Below, in pieces: positions 8,398 to 11,188 of a DNA stretch of 11,188 nucleotides; position 1 is the first letter of the stretch, and every line of letters starts with the position of its first letter. The notes below the pieces were generated by a model. The model saw nothing but the letters and a program-made list of their open reading frames with translations. It searched no databases and had not been told where the DNA came from. The position numbers were made by a program, and so were the translations under genes. The DNA is from Octopus sinensis. Taxonomy: Eukaryota. The stretch is taken from positions 1 to 11,188 of the forward strand of contig NW_021827081.1 of NCBI RefSeq assembly GCF_006345805.1, in the 5' to 3' direction.

Positions 8398-9221
8398 GGA
8401 TAATTAACGAAAAACACAAAAGAGGAAGACAGGTGGTGTACAAAATAAACAGAGTTTAGTATAGCGCTCATATATATATATATATATATATACATATCTC
8501 ACCTGCTAAAATCCGCTTAAAACATGGGTACTCTTCATTTTTTTTTCAATAATAAATTTATTCAGTCATTTTTTAAAGCTAAATTTCACAATTATGAATA
8601 TTAATGAATTAAGATCTTTCATGTGTCACTTGGCAGACAAGAAATAATATTCATATCTCCCTCAAATTATACCCAGTCATATAGGAATTGGATAATGTCC
8701 TTGCTATGTTTATCGTAAAGACAATTGGTGATGTCCACAGCTGGAATAACATTGGTCATACGATTGCTCGATCTGAATTTTTTAATGGCGCTAAAGCTCA
8801 ATATTTCCAGGGCCCAAATTGACACCGAAAACAATATGACGGACATATGGAAGACAGAAAGCAGCCACATGAGGGACAAGTGGGATGACGTAGCTAACGG
8901 TTTCATGCACAAATGGAAGTGACAGACTGAAAGGTCAGAGGTGGAATGAAATAGATTATAAATCTGTTGTATCAGGACATGCTTTGGTTTAAACGAAAAC
9001 ATCAGCATTATTATATAGAATTTAGAAGCAATGTTGAAAATCATTTAAAAACTGAAACCTGCACCAAGTTTTGCGACATAGAGCAACCATAAGAAGAAAA
9101 CAAACGCAGAAAACATTAGATTATCAACATGAAAGAGAAAGTAGTGTCAGAAAGACAAAGTGAGTGAATGAGTGGGTACAAGTAAGAGAGCAGTCAAAGT
9201 GAACGAAAGAGAGAATGACTT

Positions 9222-9395
9222 AAGAAGATGAGTGGCCGCGTGGTAAGTAGCTTGCCTACAAACCACATAGTTCTACGTTCAGTCCCACTGCGTGGCACCT
9301 TGGGCAAATGTCTTCTACTATAGCCTCGGGTCGACAAATCCTTGTGAATGGATGTGGTAGACTGAAACTGAAAGAAGCCCCTCGTATATATGTAT

Positions 9396-9471
<76 letters not shown>

Positions 9472-9670
9472 CTGTGTCTGTCTTTGTCCCCCAACATTGT
9501 TTGACGACCAGTACAGATGTGTTTACCTCACCGTAACTTAGCGATTCGGTATAAGAGACCGATTGAATAAGTACTAGGATTACAAAGTATAAGTCATGGG
9601 GTCGATTTGTTCGACTAAAGGCGACGCTCCAGCATGGCCACACTCAAATGACTGAAACAAGTAAAAGAAT
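9222..9670 (+). mobile_element. tRNA-derived SINE (octopus-type), head + internal (TA)n(TG)n + 3' tail
   Basis: Pol III A-box-like TGGCCGCGTGG (9233-9243) and B-box-like GTTCAGTCCC (9277-9286). Head is homologous to 10417-10588. Internal microsatellite ~9385-9470. 3' part has the GTCGA-TTTGT-TCGAC hairpin (9601-9615) and ends ATGACTGAAACAAGTAAAAGA. Confidence 0.85.
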
Positions 9671-10004
9671 GTAAAAGAGATACGTTAAAATTTTTAACTT
9701 CAAACTTTTAGAAGATTCAAGGAAGGGTGTAAGAACGAAAGATAAATAAATTAATAAATAAGTAAAAAGAGATGTGTTAACGAAGATGCATTTTCATTTC
9801 CTACATAGTTGTGTTTGAGACTGTGTTAACAAATATGGCTACCCTGATATCATTTTGTCAAAAAATGATTTTGATACTGCGTTCCGTCATGATATTTAAA
9901 TTTTTTCGACGTTAGATATCTTGGTTGTTAAGATGAATGAGTAGCAATACGTTTTCGATTTCTGCAAAGATAATATAACAGTTATATTATTATTAAAATA
10001 TACA

Positions 10005-10008
10005 TCTT

Positions 10009-10095
<87 letters not shown>
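10005..10095. repeat. (TA)n microsatellite
   Basis: Read directly. Confidence 0.95.
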
Positions 10096-10097
<2 letters not shown>

Positions 10098-10266
10098 TTT
10101 CCCCATGCAATAACACAGAAGTATCAAGCCGTTATAAAAATGAAGAAGGAATAAATATTAAAAGTTGAAGACGTTCAGAAACAAGATTCAGGAGGAAACT
10201 CACACAAAAACACAGATATATGAAGTATAAATATCGTAAATACATACTTCTATGCATGTACGTACG

Positions 10267-10338
10267 TATGTATGTATGTATGTATGTATGTATGTATGTA
10301 TGTATGTATGTATGTATGTATGTATGTATGTATGTATC

Positions 10339-10369
<31 letters not shown>

Positions 10370-10370
10370 G
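10267..10370. repeat. (TATG)17 followed by (TATC)n tetranucleotide microsatellite
   Basis: TATG at 10267-10334, then TATC units to about 10366. Confidence 0.95.
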
Positions 10371-10416
10371 AATATATGCGTGTTTTTTATATGCATACAT
10401 ACATAGACGCGTAAAT

Positions 10417-10588
10417 AGGCTCAGGAGTGGCCGTGTGGTAAGTAACTTGCTTACCAACAACATGGTTTTGGGTTCAGTCCCACTGCATGGCACCTTTGGC
10501 AAGTGTCTCCTACTATAGGCTCGGGCCGACCAAAGTCTTGTGAGTGGATTTGGTAGACGAAAACTGAAAGAAGCATGCCGTTTATATA
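10417..10588 (+). mobile_element. Second copy of the same SINE, head only (3' tail missing)
   Basis: A-box-like TGGCCGTGTGG (10428-10438), B-box-like GGTTCAGTCCC (10471-10481); aligns with the head at ~9230-9390. Followed by a TA/TG tract (~10605-10725) but no tail. Confidence 0.85.
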
Positions 10589-10957
10589 GTATACGTTCGT
10601 TGCTAATTATATATATATATATATGTCTGAGTGTGAGTGTGTGCATGTATGCGTGTATATATATATATGTATATATATATATAGTGCGCTCGTGTACATG
10701 TGTGAGTGTGTGCGTGTGTGACTGTGTTTGTTATCAAAATGGCATATAACTTGGTATTCCAATCAGTAATTTCACATTCTGTACTACCATTACAAAAGTC
10801 AACTAAATCAAAAACATTTGAAATTCTCTCCCCTCACACTCGGAAGAATGCGAACACCACGTAACGGTTGAGAAGATCCCTTATCAACAGATTTAGTTAC
10901 TATTCTGGCCATTCATAACAAGGACATACTGGAAATATAAGACCGATAAGATATTTT

Positions 10958-10978
10958 ACATATACATATATAATATAT

Positions 10979-11010
<32 letters not shown>

Positions 11011-11017
11011 ATGTATA
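10958..11017. repeat. (TA)n microsatellite
   Basis: Read directly. Confidence 0.9.
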
Positions 11018-11188
11018 CAAAATCAAACAGGTATAGGCACACGTTCAAACACACGTACACATACACCTTCACAAGTACACACACAACACACTCAATGAGA
11101 GTGTGTCACCGTGACAGATCGCAGGGTTGGTGTGACTCATGGTTTTCTCGACACATTAGTCAGAGTCAGACACGTAAACTCATTCGAT

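Noticed and set aside
8660-9060. Possible RTE/LINE 3' remnant (GH..EDR..QPHEG, KWDDVA) and ORFs 8667-9044 and 8725-8922
   Set aside because: Too fragmentary and spread across frames; needs a translated search to support.
11104-11139. TGTCAC-C-GTGACA palindrome and a TGACTCA AP-1-like site
   Set aside because: Short motifs expected by chance, at the window edge with no context.

Overview
AT-rich, microsatellite-dense eukaryotic DNA with no recognisable host exon. The tRNA-derived SINEs and repeat style suggest an octopus-like cephalopod (inference, from recall of such repeats). The centre of the window is a young Penelope-like retroelement (PLE, Penelope/Poseidon type) on the minus strand, 2615-6771. 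It has one RT + GIY-YIG ORF (5833->3697, about 710 aa, six small frameshifts, no in-frame stop once these are corrected) between two near-identical 800-bp direct repeats, and (TA)n flanks both ends. Each repeat ends in a minimal type I hammerhead ribozyme fold with a palindromic helix III, so cleavage at both would release a 3357-nt unit-length RNA carrying the whole ORF. A second, sequence-unrelated hammerhead fold lies on the plus strand at 942-992, with the same ribozyme -> AATAAA -> (TA)n layout. Also present: a 5 x ~106-bp tandem array carrying a hammerhead half-core, a heavily decayed Buster/Charlie-type hAT transposase fossil, two SINE copies and many microsatellites. Most ORFs in the supplied track are microsatellite or antisense artefacts.
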